NCBI GenBank assembly: GCA_037310415.1
Contig: CP147780.1
Coordinates: 1,664,001-1,728,000, forward strand
Direction: 5' to 3'
Source of the DNA: Candidatus Atabeyarchaeum deiterrae
GTDB taxonomy: Archaea > Asgardarchaeota > Atabeyarchaeia > Atabeyarchaeales > Atabeyarchaeaceae
DNA: 64,000 bases
The notes beneath the pieces are model-generated. The model had not been told where the DNA came from. It worked only from the letters and a program-made list of their open reading frames with translations, and did not search any database. This document shows, piece after piece, positions 9,322 to 19,567 of this stretch. Numbering within the stretch: the stretch's first letter is position 1; each line of letters opens with the position of its first letter. Both the position numbers and the translations under genes were made by a program.

Positions 9322-9670
9322 TTAACCGATCCCAGAAGCTGACCAGTCTGTAACTCTATGTCACGATGGGAGTGTAGACACAAGAGACAGTTGACCACAG
9401 GGCTGGAACCGAGGCTCGTGCCCCATTTTTGAATGCAGCTAGTCTACAGAGGACAAAAACGATGCCGTGGAGTCCTCAATTTGAGTACTCGCCCCAAGGG
9501 AAATGATCTAAGTAGTCTAACTTGTGAGCGGGAGGTTATCGCGTTTATTCTTGCACTGTTCTCCACTCTGGTCCTAGCACGCTGCAAGATTTTTGAAACT
9601 CACCCCGAACAAGAGGGAAGAGTTATTATCTTTGCATAACTTGATCCAAAGATATGTGCGGGGATAGAAA

Positions 9671-10747
9671 ATGACAAAGAGAATAGTCGCTATGGGTGGT
9701 GATGGAGTAGGTCCCGAAGTAGTCAATGCCACCACGCACATCTTGAGGAACATGGACTTGGATATTGAAATAGCAGATGCTCCTTGTGGCGAGACCGCCA
9801 TTAAGACCTATGGCACGCCGCTCCCTGAAGAAACGAAGGATCTTTGCGAAGAAGCCGACGCCATACTCTTCGGAGCAATTGGCGACAAGAGTACGATTAT
9901 CATAACATACCTTCGCTGGATCCTTGACACTTACGCCAACATCAGACCAGCAAAATACTACGAAGGTGTCCAGTCTCCTCTGAAAGAGGCGACTGGAGTA
10001 GACTTCGTTATAATCAGGGAAAACAGTGAAGGTCTCTACCCAGCAAGGGAAGGAGACCTGTCAATGCTTGCAGGGAGTCTCCCCGACTACAAAGATCTTC
10101 TTGGCAGATCGTTCGCAGATTTCGGGAAAGGAAAATTCGCGATAAGAGTGATCACCGAGCAAGGCACAAGAAGAATCGCCAAATTCGCGTGCGAATACAC
10201 CAAGAAAAGAAAGGGCGCGGGGTTCCCAGGTAAGCTAACATGCGTCACCAAATCTAATCTCTTGACTCAAAGTTGCGGCCTCTTTCAAAGCATAACTGAA
10301 CAGGAGTTCAGGAAAAGAATCCCAGATCTAACCTATGAGCACTACTATGTGGATGACGCTGCAAGGAGGCTCGTCCGGTACCCAAGGGAACTGGATGTCA
10401 TCGTCACCTCAAACATGTTTGGTGACATATTGTCAGACCTCGCTGCCGAGATCGTGGGCGGTTTAGGGTTGGCCCCCAGCGCCTGCATCGGTGACAGAAA
10501 AGCGTACTTTGAGCCTGTTCACGGTTCCGCTCCTAAGTATGCTGGCAAGAATATGGTGAATCCTACAGCCACAATTCTCTCAGCGAAGCTGATGCTCGAA
10601 TACCTTGGAATGAATGGTGCTGCGGATTCGTTGGAGCAGGCAATCTCTGAGATCTACAAGGAAGGCAGAACTCTAACATATGATCAAGGGGGAAAAGCCA
10701 CAACCGCCGAGTTTGCCGAGGCTGTATTGAAGAAGCTCTCAGAATAG
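9671..10747 (+). CDS. Isocitrate/isopropylmalate dehydrogenase family protein
   Basis: GDGVGPEV, IRENSEG, NMFGDILSDL, FEPVHGSAP, NPTATIL. Confidence 0.93.
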   Translation: MTKRIVAMGGDGVGPEVVNATTHILRNMDLDIEIADAPCGETAIKTYGTPLPEETKDLCEEADAILFGAIGDKSTIIITYLRWILDTYANIRPAKYYEGVQSPLKEATGVDFVIIRENSEGLYPAREGDLSMLAGSLPDYKDLLGRSFADFGKGKFAIRVITEQGTRRIAKFACEYTKKRKGAGFPGKLTCVTKSNLLTQSCGLFQSITEQEFRKRIPDLTYEHYYVDDAARRLVRYPRELDVIVTSNMFGDILSDLAAEIVGGLGLAPSACIGDRKAYFEPVHGSAPKYAGKNMVNPTATILSAKLMLEYLGMNGAADSLEQAISEIYKEGRTLTYDQGGKATTAEFAEAVLKKLSE

Positions 10748-11656
10748 GTCAAAACTTGTTGCATAGAACCTTCTCCCATAGACTTCATCAAAGGTTGCTT
10801 TTGTCAGGGGTTTGACCATTAGAAGACCGTGACTTTCCATCTGAGTAACGTACCCTCTTGACCTGTATGTTTCGAGCAAATTGTGGTTAAGCACGCATCT
10901 ATCGGAGACAACATCTTTTGCTCTGCTCTCAATTATGGTGACGAGATTCTTTGTTTCATCTTCATTGCTCGGAACAACTTCGTCAACAGTTAGCGCTCCG
11001 CCTGTCATACCGAAGAAGACGTAGCCTTCTTCTCTGACTATAACTCTCTCCGCCCTTCCTTGATCAAGACTCGCAAAACGAGGGAGTGACTTGAAGAAGC
11101 CAATATCTCTCACCACAAAGCCAGTTCTCGGCGAAGTGAAGTCACTGTAAAGGTTCATAACACTCTTCCAGCGTATTCTTGCGTCGCCCTTTGCAGCCGC
11201 TTTCCTTTTCTTCATGAGGAACTTGAATGCACTTGGAAACTGCAGCGCATCCTCGTATGCAAGGTGCCGGTAGAAGGCGTACGCTATGAACGTTTTGCGG
11301 GTAACTAGAAATGAGAATCTGTAACCCTTCTCAGTGAAATACTCGTGCGCGGCACCCATGAGAGCAGTTGAGATACCTCTTCTTGCATTTCCTGGGTGGG
11401 TTGAGACGCCCCAGATGCCACCGACAACCTCTGTGTCGCCACTTATGTTCTTCGTGGGTATCTCCATTATGCCAACGAAACCAATAACACGGTCATTTTC
11501 CAAAGCACAGAACCCTACAGGCCCGTTGTGTGTTCTCGGATCTACCTTAATCATTCCTTCCATCTGACGTGGGTTCGGCGATCCGCCAAAACTCAAGCTA
11601 AGGATCGGCAGAACCTCGTCTTTGTTCTCAAGTTCTTTGTACGTTACTATTCTCAT
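10739..11656 (-). CDS. GNAT family N-acetyltransferase (Eis-like)
   Basis: GVSTHPGNARRGISTALM acetyl-CoA motif; AFYRHLAY. Confidence 0.85.
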   Translation of the reverse strand: MRIVTYKELENKDEVLPILSLSFGGSPNPRQMEGMIKVDPRTHNGPVGFCALENDRVIGFVGIMEIPTKNISGDTEVVGGIWGVSTHPGNARRGISTALMGAAHEYFTEKGYRFSFLVTRKTFIAYAFYRHLAYEDALQFPSAFKFLMKKRKAAAKGDARIRWKSVMNLYSDFTSPRTGFVVRDIGFFKSLPRFASLDQGRAERVIVREEGYVFFGMTGGALTVDEVVPSNEDETKNLVTIIESRAKDVVSDRCVLNHNLLETYRSRGYVTQMESHGLLMVKPLTKATFDEVYGRRFYATSFDLF

Positions 11657-12038
11657 CCCATGTGACCTCTGCGTAAGGAGATAGCGACCAGTATTATTGT
11701 CTTTCTAGCAGTAGAGCGATTCGACTCAGGAGATCTTAGAATATCTCAGCGGCACGGCATTGGTTTCCATCGTCATGAATATTGACCTCTCAAAGAGAGG
11801 TTCTAGGTCGGTAACAAATTTATAAGGGTCTAACCATACCTTGCGGGTGTGATCAGAGGCTCGAAAGAAAGTGGAATCGGAAGACTTTCACCGTCTCACT
11901 CTATCTCTACTGTTGATCTTCGCATTATGAATATGAGTTTTATTTCGGAATACTGAATCGTTTGCTTGGAACGGAACAATTATAAACCTTTGAAGAGTAT
12001 CAAAGCTTCTGGAGAAACCAATTGGTGGTGTTTCAATA

Positions 12039-12869
12039 TTGAAGAAGCAAGATGGCAAGAAGAAAGGTGGCAGCTCTAACGGTGTCGCAATCAAGGTGGA
12101 GAACCTCGTTAAGTACTACGGTGACAAGCCTGCTGTGAACGGTCTATCATTTCAAGTCAAAACAGGAGAGATCTACGGTCTCCTTGGCCCCAATGGGGCA
12201 GGCAAGTCCACGACACTGAAGATCGTCACTGGGCTTCTGGATCCAACTGAAGGCAATATATCCGTTTTTGGCTTCAACCCTGTGGAGGATGCCATCAAGG
12301 TCAAGAGCATGCTAGGCTATGTGCCTGAAGCCGTTCAACTCTATGACTCTCTATCTGTCCGTGAGTTCCTACAGTTTGTCGCTTCGATTAGGCGGATGGA
12401 TTCCAATACTGCTAACAACCGCGCTAAAGAAGTCATCAAAGCCTTTGATCTTGGAAAGTACTTCGATGCACCGATAATGACTCTGTCTGCTGGAACAAAG
12501 CAGAAGGTTGCAGTCATAGCAGCGATCTTGCATGATCCTCCGTTGCTCGTACTCGACGAGCCCATGACGGGCCTTGACGTCCGATCTTCGAAGATTCTGA
12601 AAGAGCACCTCACTCACCACAATGAACGAGGAGGAGCAGTACTATTCTCAACTCATATAATGGAAGTCGCGGAGCGAATCTGCACGAGAGTCGGCATAAT
12701 CAATAATGGCAGACTCGTAGCTGAAGGAACCGTCAACGAGTTGAGAGACTTGATCCACGGAGCTGGTGCATCACTAGAGGAGATCTTCCTGAAAGTGACT
12801 GAACAAGAGGAAGGCGTAGCGGACACAGTGAGGATACTGGAGGAGGCGTTCAAGGAACGTGAAACTTAG
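12039..12869 (+). CDS. ABC transporter ATP-binding protein
   Basis: GPNGAGKST, LSAGTKQK, LVLDEP, STH. Confidence 0.95.
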   Translation: MKKQDGKKKGGSSNGVAIKVENLVKYYGDKPAVNGLSFQVKTGEIYGLLGPNGAGKSTTLKIVTGLLDPTEGNISVFGFNPVEDAIKVKSMLGYVPEAVQLYDSLSVREFLQFVASIRRMDSNTANNRAKEVIKAFDLGKYFDAPIMTLSAGTKQKVAVIAAILHDPPLLVLDEPMTGLDVRSSKILKEHLTHHNERGGAVLFSTHIMEVAERICTRVGIINNGRLVAEGTVNELRDLIHGAGASLEEIFLKVTEQEEGVADTVRILEEAFKERET

Positions 12870-14520
12870 AGAAGCATGGAGACTGTCCAGAACAATTGCG
12901 GTTGAATCCATGCTCAGAGGCACAGTTCTCATGAGAGGAGGACAGGCATCTATCCTCGCCCAGCAGGATCCAGCTAAACTTGTTAGACGCGCCCGGTCTT
13001 CACTCAGAATAAACAAAATCGTTTTTGCTTTCGTCTATGGTGCCCTTTCGCTTTTCATGCCATTCGGGTTGGTTTTCATTGGCAACACGCAAGTAGTGCA
13101 GTTTGCCTTGATTTCTTTGTTCTACATCTTCGGGTTGGTCTTCCTCATTACTTTCAACCTCATGGCAACGACTTCTTTTGTTACTGGAGATGTGATGAAG
13201 CCGATCGAATCGCTTCCATTTTCACGCGGAGACCTCGCCCAATTGAGTGTACTTTCATTTCTGCATCTGCTTGACCTACAATTAGCGGTCTTCATCGCAG
13301 CTTACCCGATCACTTACGGACTCGTAACTGGTTCGCTCATTGGAGCGATTTTCGTCCTTCTGTTCAACTCCGTCAATGCGATCGTAGCAGTGTTTCTTAC
13401 ATTCTTCCTGGCTAGAGGTTTCTACAGAAGGATTCTCTCAGTCGGTGGCTCAAGAATAAAAAGCGCGATAAGGACTTTCGTCACGCTTCTCTTTGGTATA
13501 GCCACCTTGGGCATGTCATATTTCGTCACTTTCCTAATTCAGGGGGCTTTTCAGATAGTGCAATTGTTCACCCTCATTCAAAGCCCAGGATATAACTTGA
13601 TTATTCTCGTCTATCCATTTTCCTTTGGCTATCTCGCAGCCGAGCTGACAACTGCATTTTCATCGCCAAGTCCGCTTCCTATCCTGCTATCCACGGAATC
13701 GATCATGGCAATACTAGCTTCAGCATTCTACGTCATTCTCAGCTATTTTGTGTATAAAAGAGGAATGGGTGCACTAAGACAAATCTCGCTTGGCGAAGTC
13801 GAAATGGCTCCAAAACTGACTCAAAAGCTCTCAGACGTAAGAATAAACGTCGGAGGAGTATTCTCATCAATCTTCAAAAAAGACATTAGACTCGCTTCAA
13901 GGAACGTGGGGTATGCAGTATTCCTTGCAATGCCAATCATGGGTGTAATAATCTTCACCATAGCAACGTGGGAACTCGAGGTGATTCGAGTTATAGCCGT
14001 GCTCGGCGCCTTACTATACTCTTCAGAATTCATGGTGTTCTTCGCGGTATCGACAATGTGGTTTGAGGGGAGAGGCGTCTCAGTTCTGGCACAGCTTCCA
14101 ATCTCAACCAGAAAGGTCGTGCAAGCCAAATCATTCGCGTCAACCGCACTATCCGTCATGATGCCAGCCACGCTTCTCGTAGTCTCGTTCTTCAAGCCGC
14201 TCACAACATTCTACTCTATCGTGATATCGATCATTGAGGTGGGCGCAGTGTACGCCAGCGCCTATATCGCCACTACGCTCGTGTGTAAGCTCTTTGGAGA
14301 AGGAAGAATGCCTTTCGCTACCTTCGAGGGTCACCTGCTGCAATACATGGTCGTGATGATAATTGGAGGCATATTCGTAGCGGCTCCTGTGGGAGTCTAT
14401 GCAATTGCATATTCCTTTCTACACTATGACCACTTGTATAGCACACTAGCAATGGGAATCGCCGTAGCGCTGGAAGTCCTACTAGCGAGCGCGATTGCAA
14501 GGAAGGCGCTGAAAGACTAA
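12859..14520 (+). CDS. ABC-2-type exporter permease (archaeal, multi-TM)
   Basis: Overlaps the ATPase stop; many TM helices; FKKDIRLASR. Confidence 0.8.
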   Translation: MKLREAWRLSRTIAVESMLRGTVLMRGGQASILAQQDPAKLVRRARSSLRINKIVFAFVYGALSLFMPFGLVFIGNTQVVQFALISLFYIFGLVFLITFNLMATTSFVTGDVMKPIESLPFSRGDLAQLSVLSFLHLLDLQLAVFIAAYPITYGLVTGSLIGAIFVLLFNSVNAIVAVFLTFFLARGFYRRILSVGGSRIKSAIRTFVTLLFGIATLGMSYFVTFLIQGAFQIVQLFTLIQSPGYNLIILVYPFSFGYLAAELTTAFSSPSPLPILLSTESIMAILASAFYVILSYFVYKRGMGALRQISLGEVEMAPKLTQKLSDVRINVGGVFSSIFKKDIRLASRNVGYAVFLAMPIMGVIIFTIATWELEVIRVIAVLGALLYSSEFMVFFAVSTMWFEGRGVSVLAQLPISTRKVVQAKSFASTALSVMMPATLLVVSFFKPLTTFYSIVISIIEVGAVYASAYIATTLVCKLFGEGRMPFATFEGHLLQYMVVMIIGGIFVAAPVGVYAIAYSFLHYDHLYSTLAMGIAVALEVLLASAIARKALKD

Positions 14521-14623
14521 CCATATATCCAGTATAACCTACGTGGTACCTCATCAGGAAAAACCAGTTGGAAGAGGACCAAAAAAGGAAGAGACAGTCC
14601 ATTCGCTTGTCTCTTTTCCCAAT

Positions 14624-15508
14624 CTATGTTTTGACGGCGCGGATCTCTGCGTGTGACACTTTAAGATTCTTCTTGATCGCGTCAGCTCGATTTAGTAGTC
14701 TTCCAAGATCAGCGTCTCCCTGACCGGACTTTATTTCTTGAATCGCGTTATCGATAAGTTCTCTCGAATACTCTTCATTGTTGACTACATCAACTTGGGT
14801 GAATCCTGCTTCCCTTATCTTCTTCAAGTACTCATCTAACCCTATGGCACCCCCAATACAAGAGGCCCATGCCGTGAGATTTCGTCTTACTTCATTAGGC
14901 ATGCCTTGTACCATCATATCCGACACGAGTATTCGCCCGCCTTTCTTCAGCACTCTATGCGCTTCTTGAAACACTTTCTCTTTCTCAGGAGACAAGTTGA
15001 TAACACAGTTGCTGATTATCACGTCAACGCTTTCATCTGGGACTGGAAGGTGCTCAATTTCACCGAGCCTGAACTCAACATTCTTTAACCCGCTCTTGCG
15101 TGCATTTGCCCTTGCTCTGTCAATCATCTCAGGTGTCATGTCGACGCCTATTGCCTTCCCTTCGGGCCCAACTTTCCTCGCTGCAAGAAAAACATCAATT
15201 CCACCACCAGACCCTAAGTCTAAAACGACTTCCCCTGATTTCAGATCAGCTAATGCGGTAGGGTTCCCACAGCCTGCGGATACGTTCCGCGCGGATTCAG
15301 GTAACAGATTTAGTTCCTCTTGGCTGTATCCTGCTTGCGCGATCACGGAAACAGGCTCGCAGCAGGACCCTTCGGTCGGGCGTTTAGCTCGCTGAGCGTA
15401 CGCCTTTCTTACCCCTTTTCTCATGTCTTCGCTAGTCAACTCTCCTTCAGTATTGCTCGCGATTGGTGGTTGAGAGCAACCACATGTTCTCGCATTCTTC
15501 GATTTCAT
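14624..15508 (-). CDS. arsM: Arsenite S-adenosylmethionine methyltransferase
   Basis: SCCEP, SAGCGNP, VLDLGSGGGID, ISNCVINL, WASCIGGA. ATG 15508 follows a ribosome-binding site (track start 15532). Confidence 0.92.
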   Translation of the reverse strand: MKSKNARTCGCSQPPIASNTEGELTSEDMRKGVRKAYAQRAKRPTEGSCCEPVSVIAQAGYSQEELNLLPESARNVSAGCGNPTALADLKSGEVVLDLGSGGGIDVFLAARKVGPEGKAIGVDMTPEMIDRARANARKSGLKNVEFRLGEIEHLPVPDESVDVIISNCVINLSPEKEKVFQEAHRVLKKGGRILVSDMMVQGMPNEVRRNLTAWASCIGGAIGLDEYLKKIREAGFTQVDVVNNEEYSRELIDNAIQEIKSGQGDADLGRLLNRADAIKKNLKVSHAEIRAVKT

Positions 15509-15599
15509 GTTCGCACCCCTTTTTAGGCACATAGCATAAATACTGTAGTAGGTAAACTATTTAAGTTGTAAAGAGTAAAGTATTGCGGTTGGTGTAACA

Positions 15600-16034
15600 A
15601 TGGAAAGTATTAGGTTAACAGAAGCTGAACTGGCGGATATAGGAAAAGACACATTAAGATTCATAGGCAACAGGGGAACGCTGGAGATTCTTTCATTGTT
15701 CTGTTGCTCAGATAGGAAGATCAGGTTCGGCGAACTCAGCAGCCTACTTAAACACATTAGCACTAAAACATTGGCTTCTAGACTTAAGGAACTTGAGAAA
15801 AACGGTTTGCTAAATAGAGTCGCCTATAACGAGATCCCGCCTAGAGTCGAGTACTCTATGACTGAGAAGGGTCAATCGTTGGCTGAAGCATTGAGTCCAT
15901 TGATAAGATGGATGATCCAGGGGCCAAAGATTGGAAAACCATCGGTGGCGCATCCCAAGAAATCTGGGGACTTCGACGATCCCCCTGGTTGTTGTCCAAG
16001 TGCTACAAGTAACCGCTCGGCGTCCGATGAGTAG
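15600..16034 (+). CDS. HxlR-family winged-helix transcriptional regulator with two Cys-Cys pairs
   Basis: RFGEL, ISTKTLASRLKELE, EIPPRVEYSMT; FCCS and GCCP. Confidence 0.9.
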   Translation: MESIRLTEAELADIGKDTLRFIGNRGTLEILSLFCCSDRKIRFGELSSLLKHISTKTLASRLKELEKNGLLNRVAYNEIPPRVEYSMTEKGQSLAEALSPLIRWMIQGPKIGKPSVAHPKKSGDFDDPPGCCPSATSNRSASDE

Positions 16035-16335
16035 CAGGGTATCATTCATATTTCCAGCTTGTTACGGTCGTGAATTCGATCTTACACTTCGGGCAACTTC
16101 CAACATGGACAAATTGGCCAATATGATGATGAACTTCGACTTCAGTTCCACATTTCGGGCACGCTGCGAAGAACTTAGACCCTGGCAAACTTTCTCACCG
16201 CCTAAATGTGTGTCTGTAGAAGATAAAAGTATATTTTCTCGGGCAATAGCAAGCTACAAGGTTTGAGGGAAAGAGTTCACTGGACTATCATACTAAGAAA
16301 AAGATAGGAAATATCTGAAAAAGAAAAAACCAATT

Positions 16336-16497
16336 CTAGACAGCCTTCTTCTTGGCTGCGGGTGGTGCTGCTGCCTTCTGTTCTTTCATCGGTTCACCGC
16401 AACACACCATGTCACACGGACTGCATCCGCATGCTTCGTCAACTACGACGACTACTCCGCATTGCCCACACTTGTATTTTGCTCCCTTCTTTGCCAT
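16336..16497 (-). CDS. Small desulforedoxin-like Cys-rich metalloprotein (absent from ORF track)
   Basis: Hand translation MAKKGAKYKCGQCGVVVVVDEACGCSPCDMVCCGEPMKEQKAAAPPAAKKKAV*. GGAGGAG site upstream; alternative ATG at 16503. Confidence 0.85.
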   Translation of the reverse strand: MAKKGAKYKCGQCGVVVVVDEACGCSPCDMVCCGEPMKEQKAAAPPAAKKKAV

Positions 16498-16647
16498 ACT
16501 CATCTCCTCCTACTTGTTTGTCATGCAAGATGTTCAATTCTGGATTCTTATAAGGCTATTTTCCCTTTTAAACATGAGTAAGATGCTGAATCTAGTATCT
16601 ATCCTTCTTATTGGTGAGTATCAGAAAAGATGTGAAGACACAAAGGG

Positions 16648-17379
16648 CTAATCCCGTTTGAGCTTGAACAATTCTCCGAGGTCTAACCATGTATAGTCTT
16701 GCGTTATCGTCTTCAGCATTGACCACAGGGTTGCCGTGTTGCTCGAGACAACTGGTTTCCCCAGGGTTTGTTCTAAACGCTTAATGATGTCAAACGTCGG
16801 TAGATTCGTGCAACTGATGAACACAGCATCAGCTTCATCTTCGTTCACCTCTGAAGCGAGCTTCACTGTCTTCTGCTCTTTGGTTCTGCCAATCTCTAGG
16901 TTGTCTTGTATCCCCAACCCCCTGATCTTGACCACCTCAAATCCGTTGTCACTGAGAAACTTCTGCTCAACCTTATTGACTTCATCGATGTACGGTGTTG
17001 CTACAGCTACCGCGTTTATATTTAGGTGTCTAAACGCATTTACTACGCATCCAGCAGTAGCAACCGCAGGCACGTCGGTCTTCTTCTTTATTCTGTCGAC
17101 TAGTTCAAAATCATGACCAATCCCTCGAAAGAGACTGCCGCTGGTGCATCCGTATGCTATAACGTCAACATCTGCATCCGCAAGCAAGGATGCTGCTTCT
17201 ACAACATCTCTCTCCATTGCCTCAAGTTCGACGAGAGTCACTTTGCTAAGCTTGATTCTGGTCGTGTGCACGGTGAATCTGTTTCTGCCCAACCAACTGA
17301 ACTCCCTCTCCATGGTCGTATTCGATGAGGGCACTATTATCCCGAGTTTAGGAACAGTGCAGTTATTTCGAGAGGACAT
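16648..17379 (-). CDS. Maleate cis-trans isomerase / Asp-Glu racemase family protein
   Basis: GIIVPSSNTTME, YGCTSGS, ATPY, FISCTNL, VSSN. The track start (17547) overlaps the upstream gene. Confidence 0.9.
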   Translation of the reverse strand: MSSRNNCTVPKLGIIVPSSNTTMEREFSWLGRNRFTVHTTRIKLSKVTLVELEAMERDVVEAASLLADADVDVIAYGCTSGSLFRGIGHDFELVDRIKKKTDVPAVATAGCVVNAFRHLNINAVAVATPYIDEVNKVEQKFLSDNGFEVVKIRGLGIQDNLEIGRTKEQKTVKLASEVNEDEADAVFISCTNLPTFDIIKRLEQTLGKPVVSSNTATLWSMLKTITQDYTWLDLGELFKLKRD

Positions 17380-17411
17380 CAGAAGTCTTTCCCCTTTTCT
17401 GTAGTAGCATT

Positions 17412-18653
17412 CTACTTTGGCATTCTCTTTATTTCGAATTTGCATTTGGGGTTGCCTTTCGCTAAGCACTCTGTTTCTTTGACTATATACCTTGGGCCGA
17501 AAGCGCGCTCCATGAGAGCGGAGAGTATCCCCACTACAAAGTAGCATACTGCCTTGTCTCCCCTGGGATATTCCTCGGCGAAGGCACTTCGCTCGCAGGT
17601 GACTTCTCCCCCATTCTCATTGATGTTCCCGACATGAAACATCCCCCATCCCGCAGTTGCCATGAACCTCAAGTATTCCTCGACAAGTGGCTTGCCATTG
17701 CTACCATATCTCTTGACATCCTCCACGGCAAACAAGTTGCCAGTTCTAACAAAGACAGCCCTGACAGTTCCCTCTCCTAGAGCGTCAGATGCTCGGAAGG
17801 TCAGCCCGACAATGCTCTTAACGTCTTTCGTTGCCACTTGAACGTCGCCATGAATGTCTTTGAAGATAAGTTTTCCCTCGTCGAACATGTTCGTGTTTTT
17901 GAGGGCTTCTTTGAAGTCGTTTTTCAAAGTAAGAGTCTCTGGGGGAGCTGCAGTTTCAGCTTTTGCGTTCTCTTCGAATGTGACGGCAGGAATTGGTTCA
18001 CTTGGCTTGTCTGTTGCCTCGGCTTTCTTCCAAGTGAATTCGCAAAAAGGATCTCCTTTGGCAATACACTTTGTCTCCTTAACTTCGAGAGCCACGTGGA
18101 ATGCCTCGTCTCCTGCCGCGATTATCTCCCCTTTGAAGTTATCATGAAACGTAACATCCTTCGGTGCATTCTTCGGCAAGAGCCCCTTGTACTCTATTTG
18201 CCAAAGCCCCTCCTTTTTCTCAAAGTCGAACTTGAATTCCTTTATCTCGCCCCATCCGATAGCAGAGATTAACCAGAAGTAGAACTGAAAAGCATACTTG
18301 TCTTCCAGTTTGAAGTTTCGTCTTCCAACCTGAACGATCGTCTTCCCCGTATCTCTGTGGAAGGACGTTATTATCTTCGGTGCGAGCTTCTTCCCTAAGA
18401 TCTCGTAAAGAGCGGACCATATACCCAATACAAATATTGAAGGGTAAGTTATGACGTGAAGACCAGTCATTTTTTCAACGATTTTCCCATCTGCAGGCAT
18501 CGTGACAAGACTCTTCATTACGTTAAACGAGGTTTTGATATTTGGCATGCGAAGCTTGTCAGCAAGTTCCTTCATTGGATACTCTGGGGTGCCTTGCTTG
18601 GCTCCAACAGCCGACGAACTTACTGCACGTTCTGTTTGGTTCATTCCAGCCAC
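17412..18653 (-). CDS. Tandem V4R-domain protein
   Basis: Two repeats, each with GWG and ETKCIAKGDPFCEF / ETECLAKGNPKCKF. Confidence 0.85.
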   Translation of the reverse strand: MAGMNQTERAVSSSAVGAKQGTPEYPMKELADKLRMPNIKTSFNVMKSLVTMPADGKIVEKMTGLHVITYPSIFVLGIWSALYEILGKKLAPKIITSFHRDTGKTIVQVGRRNFKLEDKYAFQFYFWLISAIGWGEIKEFKFDFEKKEGLWQIEYKGLLPKNAPKDVTFHDNFKGEIIAAGDEAFHVALEVKETKCIAKGDPFCEFTWKKAEATDKPSEPIPAVTFEENAKAETAAPPETLTLKNDFKEALKNTNMFDEGKLIFKDIHGDVQVATKDVKSIVGLTFRASDALGEGTVRAVFVRTGNLFAVEDVKRYGSNGKPLVEEYLRFMATAGWGMFHVGNINENGGEVTCERSAFAEEYPRGDKAVCYFVVGILSALMERAFGPRYIVKETECLAKGNPKCKFEIKRMPK

Positions 18654-18807
18654 GCCCCATGTACTCCTAGATTAGTAGAAAAAGTGAATGGCTCCTACAA
18701 TATGCATCAACCTGAATATACATGATTGAGACCAGTAAAAAAGCATTTTCGACCCCGACCCCACGCATCACAGCAATATAGCGAACTTCACGATGGTCGT
18801 TGCGAGG

Positions 18808-19040
18808 AAGCCCACGCTCTTCGGGGGTGGGGGGGAAATCGCAGTATGATTCCAGCTGAGAGCCTTGAATACTGCACTCCCTAACATCCTGTAGGGATAC
18901 TATGAGAGAGTGTCTGTCTCTGAACCTCCTCGAACCAACAAGGAAAAAGAGAAGGATCCTCAGGAAGACACACACCACTTACCTGGGTATAGTGAGGGAG
19001 GCGCTCTGTGGCCTTGACAGCGTCAAGAGCAGAGCTCTTA
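18808..19040 (+). mobile_element. IS200/IS605 (IS1341-like) left-end hairpin plus truncated tnpB 5' fragment
   Basis: AAGCCCACGCTC-TTCG-GGGGTGGG hairpin at 18808-18831. The ORF from 18902 (MRECLSLNLLEPTRKKRRILRKTHTTYLGIVREAL) resembles archaeal TnpB N-termini, then degenerates. Confidence 0.45.
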
Positions 19041-19197
19041 ATCAGCCAAAACAATTCAAATCAATTCGATTATCATTCCTCACTCTGACCCGAATAATCC
19101 TGATTTATCTTCATTCGATGTAGGATAATAACCTAATTCATGTTCTTCTCCTAATTTCGAGACAATATCCTCTGCCTCTGGTCTCTCTAAATTCAAT

Positions 19198-19476
19198 TGT
19201 CACACGGCAAAGAGACAGCTTCATCTGTGGGTAGACTCTACCCTCTATACTCCGCTCTCCACTTCGAGACTGGACATCTGGAGGAGAGCGCGCTTGAAGA
19301 GCTTATGCTACAATTGCCGTTCTCAAATCTATCCGTAACACTTAGGTTGTTACGTCGCGGAGGGCGGACTAGAAGAGATGCTTGCAGATGGAATTGTTGG
19401 AATCGAGACTCCACAGCTCGGAGACGGACGCGAAGCGACAGAAGCAAGATTCCGGGAGTTCCGTTTCGGAAACTAG
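19198..19476 (+). pseudogene. Decayed KaiC/RAD55-like ATPase C-terminal fragment
   Basis: One frame reads AKRQLHLWVDS...LKSL...*...GGLEEMLADGIVGIE...GDGR, with an internal TAA at 19336. This matches the Walker B and EExxADGI motifs of the family. Confidence 0.35.
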
Positions 19477-19567
19477 TCGCATAAATGTGAAACCCTGGTT
19501 TCCCAAGTATTCTACCTTTTTGTGTCGCGATACTCATCGATGCCCTTGTTGTCGAACTTTCTTTCTA

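Noticed and set aside
11988-12005. CTTTGA-N6-TCAAAG inverted repeat after the ABC transporter TATA box
   Set aside because: Only 6-bp arms and a single copy, so it could be chance.
16352-16651. Plus-strand ORFs 16352..16651 and 16362..16553
   Set aside because: They are the antisense shadow of the desulforedoxin-like gene.
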